DNA of 64,000 nt from Neophaeotheca triangularis. Its lineage: Eukaryota. The stretch covers positions 372,001-436,000 of the forward strand of contig BAAIJX010000005.1 of assembly GCA_054600435.1 (NCBI GenBank), read 5' to 3'. The notes below the pieces were generated by a model, which ran no database searches, was not told the origin of the DNA, and saw nothing but the letters and a program-made list of their open reading frames with translations. Shown here in pieces: positions 22,352-33,573 of this stretch (the first letter of the stretch is position 1; each line of letters opens with the position of its first letter). A program made the translations under genes and the position numbers.

Positions 22352-24298
22352 ATGGCATCCACAGTACTAGGAAAGCGCACACGAAACGCAAATGGCAATG
22401 GCAATGGCAACGGCAACGGCAACCCGCTAGGTTCTGCGTCGGCTTCCAAGAAACACGCGCTGCCCATCGACAACCCATTCATCACCAGGCGGTCGGATGA
22501 GAGCAGGAGTGATGAGGATATCAACGATTTTTGCCCGTCCGCCAAAAGGACGAGAAGATCAGCGCCACGAGGGTCGGCCAAACACGAGCAACGAGTCGCA
22601 CCTTCTCCCCAGAACAAAACGCGTATCGGCAACAGCGATGTCGAAATCTACCAAGACAACAACAACAACAACGAGCAGCACGCCACTTTTTCTTCAACGC
22701 CTCAGACTCCGAGACACCGGGACGCACTCTCGAAGAAGGTACCAATCACACCACGACACCGCGTGCTCGTTGGCGGCCTGCAATTTACGCCCAAAACGCC
22801 ACGGACACCCACCACACCGTCTGGCACCAGCACTGCTGTCTACAACCAAGCGCGCCAACTCTTCTCACGATGCTCTGCTCCCGGCAAGCTGATTGGGCGG
22901 CTAGAGGAGAAGCAGGAATTGTCCGACTTTCTGGAGAGAAGCTTCGAATCGGATTCAGCGGGCTGTCTCTACGTTTCGGGACCGCCCGGGACAGGGAAGA
23001 GCGCATTCGTGCAAGAGATTTGCGAGGGCGCCAAAAAGAGAGACAGCGTGGACTACTCGGTGGTGAATTGTATGAGCGTCAAGAGCGGCAAGGATCTGGG
23101 CGAGAAGCTTTCAGAGGACTTGAATCTGAAAGCGAACGCCGGACTTGACTACCTTCGGAGCTGCTTCGTTTCCGGCAAGAAGCAAGCCGAGCGCAAGTAC
23201 CTGGTCATTCTCGACGAGGTAGACCGACTTGTAGATCTCGATATCGCGCTTCTCTACAGCCTGTTCGAGTGGTCGATGCAACCCAACTCTCGTCTGGTTC
23301 TGATCGGTATCGCAAACGCTCTCGATCTCACAGACCGCTTTTTACCACGACTCAAGTCTCGCGGCTTGAAGCCAGAGCTGCTTCCCTTCATGCCCTACTC
23401 TGCGCCACAAATCGCCCAAGTCCTCAGCGAAAAGCTCAGGAGCCTCTCGAGCGTAGAGTCAACAAATCTTCCCTTCCTCCAGCCAGCCGCCATCCAGTTC
23501 TGCGCAAAGAAAGTCGCAGCCCAAACCGGCGATCTCCGCAAAGCTTTCGACATCTGCCGCCGCGCAGTCGACCTAGCCGAGCAAGAAACCCGCGACAAAG
23601 ACGCCAAACTCGCCCTGCAAGACGGCAGTCCCTCCAAGACGCCCCTCATGGACAACATCAATCTCACCTCCCCAGTAACTCCCCACTCACCCAGCAAAGG
23701 CGCCAACAGCTCAACACAACCCGAACTCCCCATTCCCCGTCCAGCATACACAGTGGATACCGCCCCGCGCGCCACGATCGCCCACATGGCAAAGGTAACC
23801 TCTCAAGCCTTCAACAACAACGCCATCCACCGCCTCTCGACCCTCAATCTGCAACAAAAAGCCGTCCTCTGCTCCCTCGCAGCTCTGGAGAAACGCAAAC
23901 GCGACTCCCAGCTTTCCAAAACAATGTTCGCCACCCCTTCCAAAAAACCCGATACCGCTTCGCCCTCGGTCAAACAGCTCTTCGAAGCCTACACCGCTAT
24001 CTGCAAGCGGGAGAAACTGCTGGCTCCGCTTTCGGGTAATGAGTTCAGAGATGTCGTCAGTGGGTTGGAGACGCAGGGATTGGTGCAACCGGCCGATGGC
24101 AGGATGGGGACATTTGCTTCGCCCCTCACGCCGAGCAAGACGCCGGGGAGGCGCGGCAAAGGGGGTTTTGCCGGTGCGGCTGTGGGTGATGAGCGTAGGG
24201 TTGCTAGCGCGGTTGGCAGAAGTGAGTTGGCGGGAGGTTTGGAAGGGGTTGGGGGGGAGCTGCTCAGGGAGATTTTGGAAGGAGATGGACTGGTTTGA
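22352..24298 (+). CDS. CDC6: Replication licensing AAA+ ATPase Cdc6/Cdc18
   Basis: Starts MASTVLGKRTR. Many S/T-P sites, LYVSGPPGTGKS Walker A, ILDEVD Walker B, LIGIANALDLTDRFLPRL and GDLRKAFDICRRA. Confidence 0.95.
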   Translation: MASTVLGKRTRNANGNGNGNGNGNPLGSASASKKHALPIDNPFITRRSDESRSDEDINDFCPSAKRTRRSAPRGSAKHEQRVAPSPQNKTRIGNSDVEIYQDNNNNNEQHATFSSTPQTPRHRDALSKKVPITPRHRVLVGGLQFTPKTPRTPTTPSGTSTAVYNQARQLFSRCSAPGKLIGRLEEKQELSDFLERSFESDSAGCLYVSGPPGTGKSAFVQEICEGAKKRDSVDYSVVNCMSVKSGKDLGEKLSEDLNLKANAGLDYLRSCFVSGKKQAERKYLVILDEVDRLVDLDIALLYSLFEWSMQPNSRLVLIGIANALDLTDRFLPRLKSRGLKPELLPFMPYSAPQIAQVLSEKLRSLSSVESTNLPFLQPAAIQFCAKKVAAQTGDLRKAFDICRRAVDLAEQETRDKDAKLALQDGSPSKTPLMDNINLTSPVTPHSPSKGANSSTQPELPIPRPAYTVDTAPRATIAHMAKVTSQAFNNNAIHRLSTLNLQQKAVLCSLAALEKRKRDSQLSKTMFATPSKKPDTASPSVKQLFEAYTAICKREKLLAPLSGNEFRDVVSGLETQGLVQPADGRMGTFASPLTPSKTPGRRGKGGFAGAAVGDERRVASAVGRSELAGGLEGVGGELLREILEGDGLV

Positions 24299-25481
24299 TT
24301 CTGGTTTTGTTGGATTTGACTTTGATTTGCTCGAGCTTTTCATGATTATGTGCAGAGATGGATTGGGTTGATGATTTTTGCGGGGAGAAAGCGCGTGTGG
24401 GTTTTGGATACAGCGCGCTGGCTTCTCGTTTTCGCAAGATACCCTTGGCTTGGTTAGTTGTCTGAAATTGAAATTTCTGTTTTACGCTAGACACCTACTT
24501 CTTGACGTAAGAATTGTCATCAAATGTGAGTATTTGCTGCGGTGCATTGCGGCTATGAAGCGAACGGCCGAGCAATGTTTCACTTTGGCGAGTGAAAAGG
24601 TCATCAAGGGGCGGTTTATTCTTTGAAGAATAATCACTGGACACGATACACGCTACAGACATGCTCTGTATGTACTGCCCCTGTCACAAACCCTATGAAG
24701 GCTCATGCCGGCCTAGCGACACACTCTACCATCCCGGCACCGAGTCCGATGTTCTCAAGACCAGTTTCAAGACCCTCCACCCAGCACAATAGCAACGTCA
24801 ATGTCCACCGACGGGCTGGACAGCATCCCGCGATGAATCTTGTAGTCCAGCGCCGGGATAGTGAAGTCCATCCCTCCGCTGGGGGAAAGAGAGCTCTTGA
24901 TGGGATTGCTGGGATTCGGCGCCAGGTGAGGGGCGGTCTCGGGTATCTCGGCGGCTGTTGAAAGTGCCGGAAGTCTCTGTAGATCTGGTACGAGGGATGC
25001 CGGGGCTGGTCTTGGGTTTCCCGGCAGGTCTTGGGATCCTGTGTGGTGCCGGGATGGATTACGGGAATCCGTCCCTTAACAGGCGCGAAACGTGTGCTGC
25101 GAGCGAGGAGAGTGCTGAGAGGTCTACGGGAGTCGGCACTTTTTGAAGGATGGACTCTCTGGCTCCTGGCGCGGAATGGCAGACTCTGATGGGTTCCATG
25201 AGAGGTCGCTCGGCGTCGCCTCGAGCTCTCTTTGGTACTTGGTATTTCGCGGCGATGTCCCCTCCCTCGTCATTTTCGCCGTTTCCGCCGAGAGACCGGT
25301 TTATATCTCCCATTAGCCCGCGTACCAATGTCTCGATCCCGTTGATGCGTGAGAGTCATTAGCAAGAGGCAGTTCCCCTTCCCTCCACGACATTGCTTCT
25401 ACCGCCCTATTCCTCCGTCAGCAGCGGGTCTGCTATTCCAACCTGCCCTCTGATGCAACTCCGTATGTAGGTGAGCAAATC

Positions 25482-26459
25482 CTAAATTGATGAGGTTGGC
25501 GTCAGCTCGTGTTTAGAAGCTTGCTCTTGTTGTCTTTTAAGCAACAGACGCAGACGCCCCCATACTGAGGCATACTTCCTCCCTGGCTGAAGTTCCTTCA
25601 TGATTTCTAGTAGCGGCTTAGACTTAGCCGAACCGTCCAGCAGAGCAGCATCTTCTTTAGGGGTGTAGCGAACGGGCCTATTCTGCGTATGGCTGTGGTA
25701 CCCTTTGTATAAGACGTGTTTTGATATAGCCTTCCGCGAGCGCTCTGGAATAATCGTATGAATTTGAGAAAGTTCTAGGCCCTCACGCTTTGCGGTTTGT
25801 AGTATTGCTTCTTCTTCTGACGTCCAGCGATCCAAACGCGGAAAAGCGCATCGTTTCAGGTCATGGTACCTCGCTTTGACGGAGACTGCGGACCGCCCAG
25901 GCATATGAGCGCTGACCTCGCTCCAACTCAGCTTTTGTCGCTCCTTCAAACGCAGCAGCATCTCAAGCTCGTCGGCGGTCCACTTTCGACGAGGCTTATG
26001 GATGGGACGTGGTTTAAGATGTATCGCGCAATCCCAACGTCTGCTCACTTCCGGCAAAGAGCGTCCAGGAAATTCTTTCTGCATTTGCGACCAGGATCTG
26101 CCACTGGCTCTAGCTGCGACGAGCCTCTCATGCTCTGCTTGCGACCAAGGGGCAGGACGCCATGGCAGTTCCAGCCGCCCTATTCTGGAAAGGCGCGAGC
26201 TTCGCGACTTGAGGGCAGCTGCAGTACGATCCGGGAAATGTTTCATGATCTCTTGCCATGTAGTCTGCTTCCGCCGTAGACTGCACAACAATTCTGTATC
26301 CTCTGCGCTCCAGGTCTTCTGCGCCCGGATGACCTGAGAAAAGTTTCGCTTTGCTTTGGACGGGACGCTGATGTGGTGCGGCCCTGTTGAGGTCCATGGT
26401 GTGCCCTTAGGGGGCCATGTCCATAGCATTGTGCCTTGCCTTGGGAAGGTAAGACGCAT
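25482..26459 (-). CDS. Basic protein with five tandem Myb/SANT-like repeats
   Basis: Repeats start WSAED, WSQAE, WTADE, WTSEE and YTPKE, each followed by an (F/M/I/Q)P(D/G/E)R(T/S/K) motif at Myb spacing. Confidence 0.8.
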   Translation of the reverse strand: MRLTFPRQGTMLWTWPPKGTPWTSTGPHHISVPSKAKRNFSQVIRAQKTWSAEDTELLCSLRRKQTTWQEIMKHFPDRTAAALKSRSSRLSRIGRLELPWRPAPWSQAEHERLVAARASGRSWSQMQKEFPGRSLPEVSRRWDCAIHLKPRPIHKPRRKWTADELEMLLRLKERQKLSWSEVSAHMPGRSAVSVKARYHDLKRCAFPRLDRWTSEEEAILQTAKREGLELSQIHTIIPERSRKAISKHVLYKGYHSHTQNRPVRYTPKEDAALLDGSAKSKPLLEIMKELQPGRKYASVWGRLRLLLKRQQEQASKHELTPTSSI

Positions 26460-27148
26460 GGCTGCTCTAAGTGGTCACTGCATATATTCAAAGGGCCTTG
26501 CCAATAACGAGACACTGTCAGACGATCGCTTGCTAGCAGAGGATTGAAGTGAATTCCCGCTACAGGTGTATACTAGGGTCTGACGTTCGAGCTCGGGGGT
26601 ATGTTCGCTGAACTAGCTACTCGCAGTACGCATGTGCCTTGGCGAGCATCACAATAGTGACCCACAAAGTGTCAGGAAATCGAAATATGACAAGTGCTGA
26701 GAAGCGCAACTTGACGCAGAGAGGTATTTGAGGTTTCTGCAATTAGAGTTGTAACTATCTGAAGTGAGGTGAAGTTACTCGCTTCGCGCCTGAGGCATGA
26801 AACTTGGCACTCAATGCGGGGCTATCGGAGGCGGTGATTGGGTGACGGAATTTTGGCAGTCAGTCAGTCATCACGACAACAATCGAACATTGTTGCGGAC
26901 CCAACTTCGACCTCACGTGCAGCGCAAACGACCGAATCCGCCTCAACGACCCGTTCCTCTACACCTCCGCGCACTCAGTACCTACTGCCTACCCCAAGTA
27001 CCGACTACGGGACTTCAGACATTGGCAAGGGTCATCTTCCGGTCAAACCTTTGCGCATCCCTCGTCACCAAAACCGCCGCAGAAAGGTCGATATTGGTGA
27101 AGCGCGAGGATATCTGTGCATCCGGACTGCCAATAGCGAACCGCAAAC

Positions 27149-28806
27149 ATGGCGACCAATGGCGACTACCCTTCAGAGAATGAAGAGGAAACTCCTCCTC
27201 AGTCCCCCGGCATCGTGCCGCAGCCAGACTCCGACACTGAAGCGAAGGAAAAGGGCCCTGCCCCCTTGCCCAAGTCGGCACTGAAAAAGTCAAACGCAGC
27301 CGCCGCAGCGCAAGCATCCCGTCCAGAACTTCCCGAGCAACCAGACCCAGCGACCGTCAACGCAGCAGAGCTCACGCCGCTGTCTCCTGAGATTATAGCC
27401 CGTCAGGCGACCATAAACATCGGCACGATTGGACATGTGGCGCACGGAAAGAGTACGGTGGTCAAGGCGATATCGGGTGTGCAGACTGTGCGGTTCAAGA
27501 ACGAGCTGGAGCGGAATATCACCATTAAGCTGGGTTATGCAAACGCAAAGATCTACAAGTGTGACAATGAGGAGTGCCCCAGGCCAACGTGCTACCGGAG
27601 TTACAAGAGTGAAAAGGAGGTGGACCCGCCTTGCGAGAGAGAAGGCTGCGCAGGAACATACAGACTTCTGCGGCATGTTTCGTAAGTGCATCTTAAAGGA
27701 GGAAACTCAAGTGTTTGTACTGACAATTCCAGTTTCGTCGACTGCCCTGGCCACGACATTCTGATGAGTACTATGTTGTCAGGTGCCGCAGTCATGGACG
27801 CTGCTCTTCTCCTCATTGCTGGAAACGAAACTTGCCCACAACCCCAGACCTCTGAACATTTGGCCGCCATTGAGATCATGAAGCTCAACCACATCATCAT
27901 CCTGCAAAACAAGGTCGATCTGATGCGCGAGGAGGCCGCAGGCCAGCACTACGAGAGCATCAAGAAATTCATTCGTGGTACGGTTGCCGACGACAGCCCC
28001 ATCATCCCCATCTCTGCACAACTCAAGTTCAACATCGATGCCATCAACGAGCACCTCGTGACCAAGATTCCCGTCCCCGTGCGCAACTTCCAGGACGACC
28101 CGCACATGATTGTCATCCGTTCTTTCGACGTCAACAAGCCCGGTTCCGAAATCGAGGAGCTGCAAGGTGGTGTTGCCGGTGGCAGTATCTTGACTGGTGT
28201 GCTGAAGCTCGGCGACGAGATTGAGATCCGCCCGGGTATCGTCAGCAAGGACGAAAAGGGCCAGATCCAGTGCAAGCCCATTCACTCCCGCATCGTTTCG
28301 CTCTTTGCCGAGAACAACAGCCTCAAATTTGCCGTCCCTGGTGGTCTCATTGGTGTCGGTACGCGCATTGACCCGACGCTCTGCCGTGCCGATCGTCTGG
28401 TCGGCTTCGTGCTGGGTAAGAAGGGCAGGCTGCCCAAGATCTACACGGAGATTGAAGTCAACTACTTCTTGCTTAGGCGTTTGCTCGGTGTCAAGACCGC
28501 CGACGGCAAGCAGGCCAAGGTTGCCAAGCTGGCGAAGAACGAAGTTCTGATGGTGAACATCGGTTCCACGGCCACTGGCGCGAAGGTCATGGCTGTCAAG
28601 GCTGATGCTGCGAGGTTGCAGTTGACTAGCCCAGCGTGTACGGAGATTAACGAGAAGGTTGCGCTGAGCCGAAGAATCGAAAAGCATTGGCGTTTGATTG
28701 GATGGTACGTCTCGTTTCTAAAATGTCTGTGTTGAAGGGGTTGCTAACTCAATGATTTAGGGCCACCATTCTGGCTGGTTCGACTCTCGACCCGCAGGAG
28801 TCGTGA
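27149..28806 (+). CDS. GCD11: Translation initiation factor eIF2 gamma subunit
   Basis: [39 protein letters not shown] and [13 protein letters not shown]. Introns 27682-27732 and 28705-28760; stop TGA at 28804-28806. Confidence 0.97.
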
Positions 28807-29337
28807 GCGTCTAAAGACGCCGTAAAGAGACGTCGTGGGCATGGGTGGTCTTCAAGTCGTGTGATCAATGCCATGTAGGGGGTACGAGAAGTGCAATTAA
28901 ACGCAAGCATCAAGGGGAGGACGCAAGGAGAGAAAGCTCGTCCATAGCAGATTGCCTACAACTTCTAGTAATGGCTGCAGCGTTGTAGGTCGCGGGCAGC
29001 AGCTTCTTGAGCGTCATGGCGTTGCTTGCTAGCATAGCGTGGTATATTACTACATGTCCGATAGACAATTCCTGATTTTCACGTCGGTTTATTATTAAAG
29101 GAGACTGTGTTCCCTGACCTTCTTACAAGCCGTACGCAAAATGAGGGGGCCCTCGAAAAATAAATAGGGTCAACCCCGGGGGCAGGATTTAACAAGTGAC
29201 GTTGGGCGGGGGTGAAGTGGGGCACTCAAAATATATTGTCGAAATCGCTCTCGTCGCTCGCGACAATTAGATACGAGTACGTGCCTTCCTCTTCGAGCCG
29301 ATCAGTTCTAAACTTTGAAGCTCATTTCAAATCCATC

Positions 29338-31323
29338 ATGGCTTCCCAAGGTGCTCAGAAGATTGGTAAGTACAAGATGTACGCATGTTCCCCGCAAACC
29401 CTCTAACTCTCTCTTCCAGCGATCCTTTCCGTCTACGATAAGACCGGACTGCTCGACCTAGCCAAGGGCCTCGTCAAGCAGAACATCCGGCTGCTCGCTT
29501 CTGGCGGCACTGCGAAGCTCATCAGAGAAGCCGGTTTCGCCGTCGAGTAAGGCAATCAGCCATGGCTGAACTACCGTCAGTTTTGGTCGCAGCTGACTCA
29601 GGCCTCGCAGAGATGTATCCGCGATCACCAAGGCACCAGAGATGCTCTCTGGTCGCGTCAAGACCCTTCACCCAGCCGTTCACGCCGGCATCCTCGCACG
29701 CGACCTAGCCGCCGACGAAAAGGACCTCGCCGAGCAGAACATCAGCAAGGTCGACTATGTCATCTGCAACCTCTACCCCTTCAAGGACACCGTTGCGAAG
29801 ATCAACGTCACCATTCCAGAGGCAGTGGAAGAGATCGATATCGGTGGCGTTACCTTGATCAGGGCGGCGGCGAAGAACCACAGCCGCGTCACCATTCTGA
29901 GCGACCCGTCAGACTACCATGACTTTTTGAGCGAGCTGGAGAAGGGCGAGATCACGGAGAAGAGCAAACAGCTATACGCGTTGAAGGCCTTCAGCCAGAC
30001 GGCAGACTACGACTCGGCAATCTCCGAGTTCTTCAAGAAGAAGTACGCTGGCGATGGCATGCAGCAACTCACTCTCCGGTACGGCGCCAACCCTCACCAG
30101 AAGCCCGCGTCGGCCGCCATGAACAACTCTCAGCTGCCCTTCAAGGTCCTTAACGGCTCGCCCGGCTACATCAACCTCCTCGACGCTCTCAACGCCTGGC
30201 CCCTTGTCAAGGAACTCGGCGAAGCTCTCAACTACCCAGCCGCTGCCTCCTTCAAGCACGTCTCCCCCGCCGGCGCCGCTATCGGTGTCCCTCTCAGCGA
30301 GGTTGAGCGCAAGGTCTACATGGTCGACGATATCGAAGGCCTTTCCGAGTCCGGCCTCGCCCAAGCCTACGCACGTGCAAGAGGCGCCGACCGCATGTCA
30401 TCCTTTGGCGACGTAATCGCGCTCAGCGCCGAAGTCGACACACCCACAGCCAAGATCATCAGCCGTGAAGTCAGCGACGGTGTCATTGCACCCGCCTACA
30501 CCCCCGAAGCCCTCGAGCTGCTGAGTAAGAAGAAGGGTGGCAAATACCTCGTGCTCCAGATGGACCCAGCCTACAACCCGGCGCCCATGGAAGGCCGCAC
30601 CGTCTACGGCGTGAACCTGACCCAACACCGCAACGACGCGCTCATCACGCCCAACAACACCTTCAACTCCATCATCGTGCCGCAGAACTCACCGCCACTC
30701 CCAGAGTCCGCTCTCCGCGACCTGACCGTCGCAACCATTGCTCTAAAATTCACGCAATCCAACTCGGTCTGCTACGCGCTGAACGGACAAGTCATCGGTC
30801 TGGGCGCCGGCCAGCAGAGCCGCATCCACTGCACGCGGCTCGCGGGCGACAAGGCCGACAACTGGTGGATGCGCTTTCACGAGCGCGCGCTCAACGTCAA
30901 GTGGAAGAAGGGCGCGCGCCGTGCCGACAAGAGCAATGCCATCGACATGCTGTGCTCCGGTCTGGTGCCCGAGACCGGCATCGAGAAGGAGGATTTCGAG
31001 AAGAACTTTGAGGAAGGCCAGGCGCCGGCGCCTTTTACCCAGGAGGAGCGCAAGCAGTGGTTGAGCAAGCTCAGCGAGGTTGCTTGCTCTAGCGATGCTT
31101 TCGTGAGTGCTGTCTTGATATTTCGAGGCCTGAGTGGGGTTTGTCTTGCTAATGCTTTTCGTCGCAGTTCCCATTCATCGACAACGTTTTCCGCGCCGGC
31201 AGGAGCGGTGTCAAGTACATTGCCGCGCCGACGGGCAGCCAGAACGACAAGCCGGTTTTCGAAACGGCCGAGCAGTTGGGTATTAGCTTCATCGAGCAGC
31301 ATATTCGCTTGTTCCACCACTAG
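29338..31323 (+). CDS. ADE17: Bifunctional AICAR transformylase / IMP cyclohydrolase (PurH, Ade16/17)
   Basis: [71 protein letters not shown] and the end IRLFHH*. Introns 29366-29419, 29547-29610 and 31103-31167. Confidence 0.97.
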
Positions 31324-31675
31324 AAGCGGTTCGTTGGCAAAGATGGTGAAGAGAAAGAGGAGGGAACGGATGATGGTACAAAAGAAGGGCATGAGATACC
31401 TAGGACGAGGCCGTTGCGCACTCGTGTGGGAAACAACAAGAAACGACTTGAAATGTCCATAGATGGTGCGCGTATTACTGCCAGGTCCCGCGATTGTGAA
31501 AAACCGCTGCATTATGCTCACGTATCGTATCGCTGTAACGTGCTCTCTTGAGGGAACCGACATACTTCGCCTCGAGCCTCTCCTCGGCCTGCCCGTGCCA
31601 ATAACAACACCCTGGGCCTATTATCCGCAAAGCCATCAGCACAACAACCCACTTCTCTTTTATTCCATTCCCACT

Positions 31676-32554
31676 TCAAACCCCAAACATCTCCTTCAAC
31701 AACGCCATCGTTTCCTCGGGGTTCCTGACCTTGTGCCCAGTCGTCCTCGGATCGCTGTAAATCTCCCAGTCATTGCCGCCCTCAAACGCCTTGTCGCCAA
31801 AGAAGTGGATGGTCGTGTACTCGACGCCGTCGGGCATGTTGACCTCGTTCTCGACATGTTGCAAGCAGTACGTCTTGTCCCAGCCCTTGGGGAAGACGTC
31901 GAAACTGATCTGGCCGCCGATGGAGTAGCTAAATCTTGTCAGCACCACATAGCGCATGCAGAGGGGGAGAGAAGGGGCTACAACGCACGTCAACCCATAA
32001 TCCGGAAATTCCTGCTTGATAGCCTCGATAAACCTCTCGCGAACTTTGTGCTGCAAATCGTACACCTCATACTCTTTCCGCTCCTGCAAACTCGCGTTCC
32101 TGCCAATGGGGCTGACATTGATCATACCATTGCGAAACTCGACAAACGTGCCCCTCTTGACCGGAACTTCCAAGTCCGCAATGTAGTGCAGCAAAAACCG
32201 CACCAGCTTCTTATACCGCTCCTCACCAATCCAGGAAATGAAGTTCTGGTTCGCAAGCGGGGCGCCCATGCGGTAGGCCGTGAGACCGTTTTCCGCGAAG
32301 CAGAAGTCGAAGAGGGTGGAGACGGGGATGTCGGGGGTTGCGAGCTGTTCTTGTTGTTTCTGCATGTCGCTGCCGCCGACGTAGCCGATGGCGACTTTGT
32401 GCCGGAGCGCGCTGAGGAGTTGCAGCATTTCCGGGGCGGCTTTGCTGCGGGCGGGGGTGAGGGGGCCGTCGACATCGAAGAGGCAGATGGTTTTTTGGAT
32501 TGGGCGGTCTTTGAGGGCGGGGATTATGCTCGCGGCTGGGGCGGTGGTGGCCAT
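31676..32554 (-). CDS. SEC53: Phosphomannomutase (HAD IIB, Sec53/Pmm1)
   Basis: LFDVDGx[54 protein letters not shown] and FFGDK...GGND. A 60-nt stop-free intron lies at 31929-31988. Confidence 0.96.
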   Translation of the reverse strand: MATTAPAASIIPALKDRPIQKTICLFDVDGPLTPARSKAAPEMLQLLSALRHKVAIGYVGGSDMQKQQEQLATPDIPVSTLFDFCFAENGLTAYRMGAPLANQNFISWIGEERYKKLVRFLLHYIADLEVPVKRGTFVEFRNGMINVSPIGRNASLQERKEYEVYDLQHKVRERFIEAIKQEFPDYGLTCVVAPSLPLCMRYVVLTRFSYSIGGQISFDVFPKGWDKTYCLQHVENEVNMPDGVEYTTIHFFGDKAFEGGNDWEIYSDPRTTGHKVRNPEETMALLKEMFGV

Positions 32555-33532
32555 GGTTGTGGTTGTTTTGGGGTTGTGTGCTGGCGATGGGGAGGTCGGG
32601 GTGGTTGAGGAGGGCTGAGTTTGAGTGGGGGGTCGAGAGGATTGTTTGTATGTCTCGTCAAAGGGGCTTGTGGTGTAGGAGCGAGCGGGCTGACTACGAT
32701 ATGCTGAAGGAACGAGACGACAGCTTGCTAGATGAGCAGTGACGCGGCGTGTTCAGGCTGAGGAGTCTGAGAGCAGAGAGAGAACAGCTGGCAGGTAAGA
32801 GACTAGGTACGAGGGGGTGAAGTTGGAGGAGATGACTGCAATTGTGTCCTTTACCTTTTGCGCAAGAATCTAGTCTCATGTGGTACGCGTGAAAGTGGTG
32901 AGGAACCTGGAATATCTAGGTAGTGTAATATAGTGTATTCCTCTTCTGCACCCAAGAGCGGTGAGACATGTGATAGAGAGAGATATCTTAAGTACTTCAC
33001 GTAAGGTAATAAGGTACTGTAGTTGTTGTCCTGCAGGGTCGTTGCCCTGAACTGAACGTGAGCCCCGCAGGTCGAGACGTGCAGGTGGGGCTCAAAGCTC
33101 CCGTCCGTTTGGACAGAATATGAGATGCTGAACTCGTTGCAATATCGATATCGATACGATATCATCAGAGGGAGATCTCTCCCTGGCATCGCTACCATAA
33201 TACATAGTACACAGTACACAGTACACTCAGAAGTGATGGATTAAGGTACTGACGACAGCTCAATGCGGTCATGGTCATTATTGACTTGGGATTATTGTGA
33301 AACAACCGGACCTTGAAAGACGGGAAGGAATGATGCCTGAGGCCAAAACATACAATGGATACCTTCCATTACTGCCAACTTCAAGGCGGCACATGTGGCG
33401 ACGTCCCACCTCAAGGCAAGAAACCTGACAGACACGACATCGAGCCCAGGTCCGATTGATCCATTCTCGACATCCGTCAATATTAGGCTCTATACTGCAT
33501 ACCGGCAGTAAAACTGGCCAAAGATCAACACC

Positions 33533-33559
33533 ATGCTGCCTGAGCCTTTCGACAACTGA
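33533..33559 (+). promoter_or_regulatory. Candidate upstream ORF (MLPEPFDN*) before the CSC1/OSCA gene
   Basis: ATG in strong CAACACCATG context; TGA ends 14 nt before the main ATG at 33574. Confidence 0.45.
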
Positions 33560-33573
33560 TCACATCCCACATC

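Noticed and set aside
24700..25400. Minus-strand fragments including ARESILQKVPTPVDLSALSS, faintly F-box-like
   Set aside because: No continuous frame or credible splice model. It could be a decayed gene but cannot be supported without a search.
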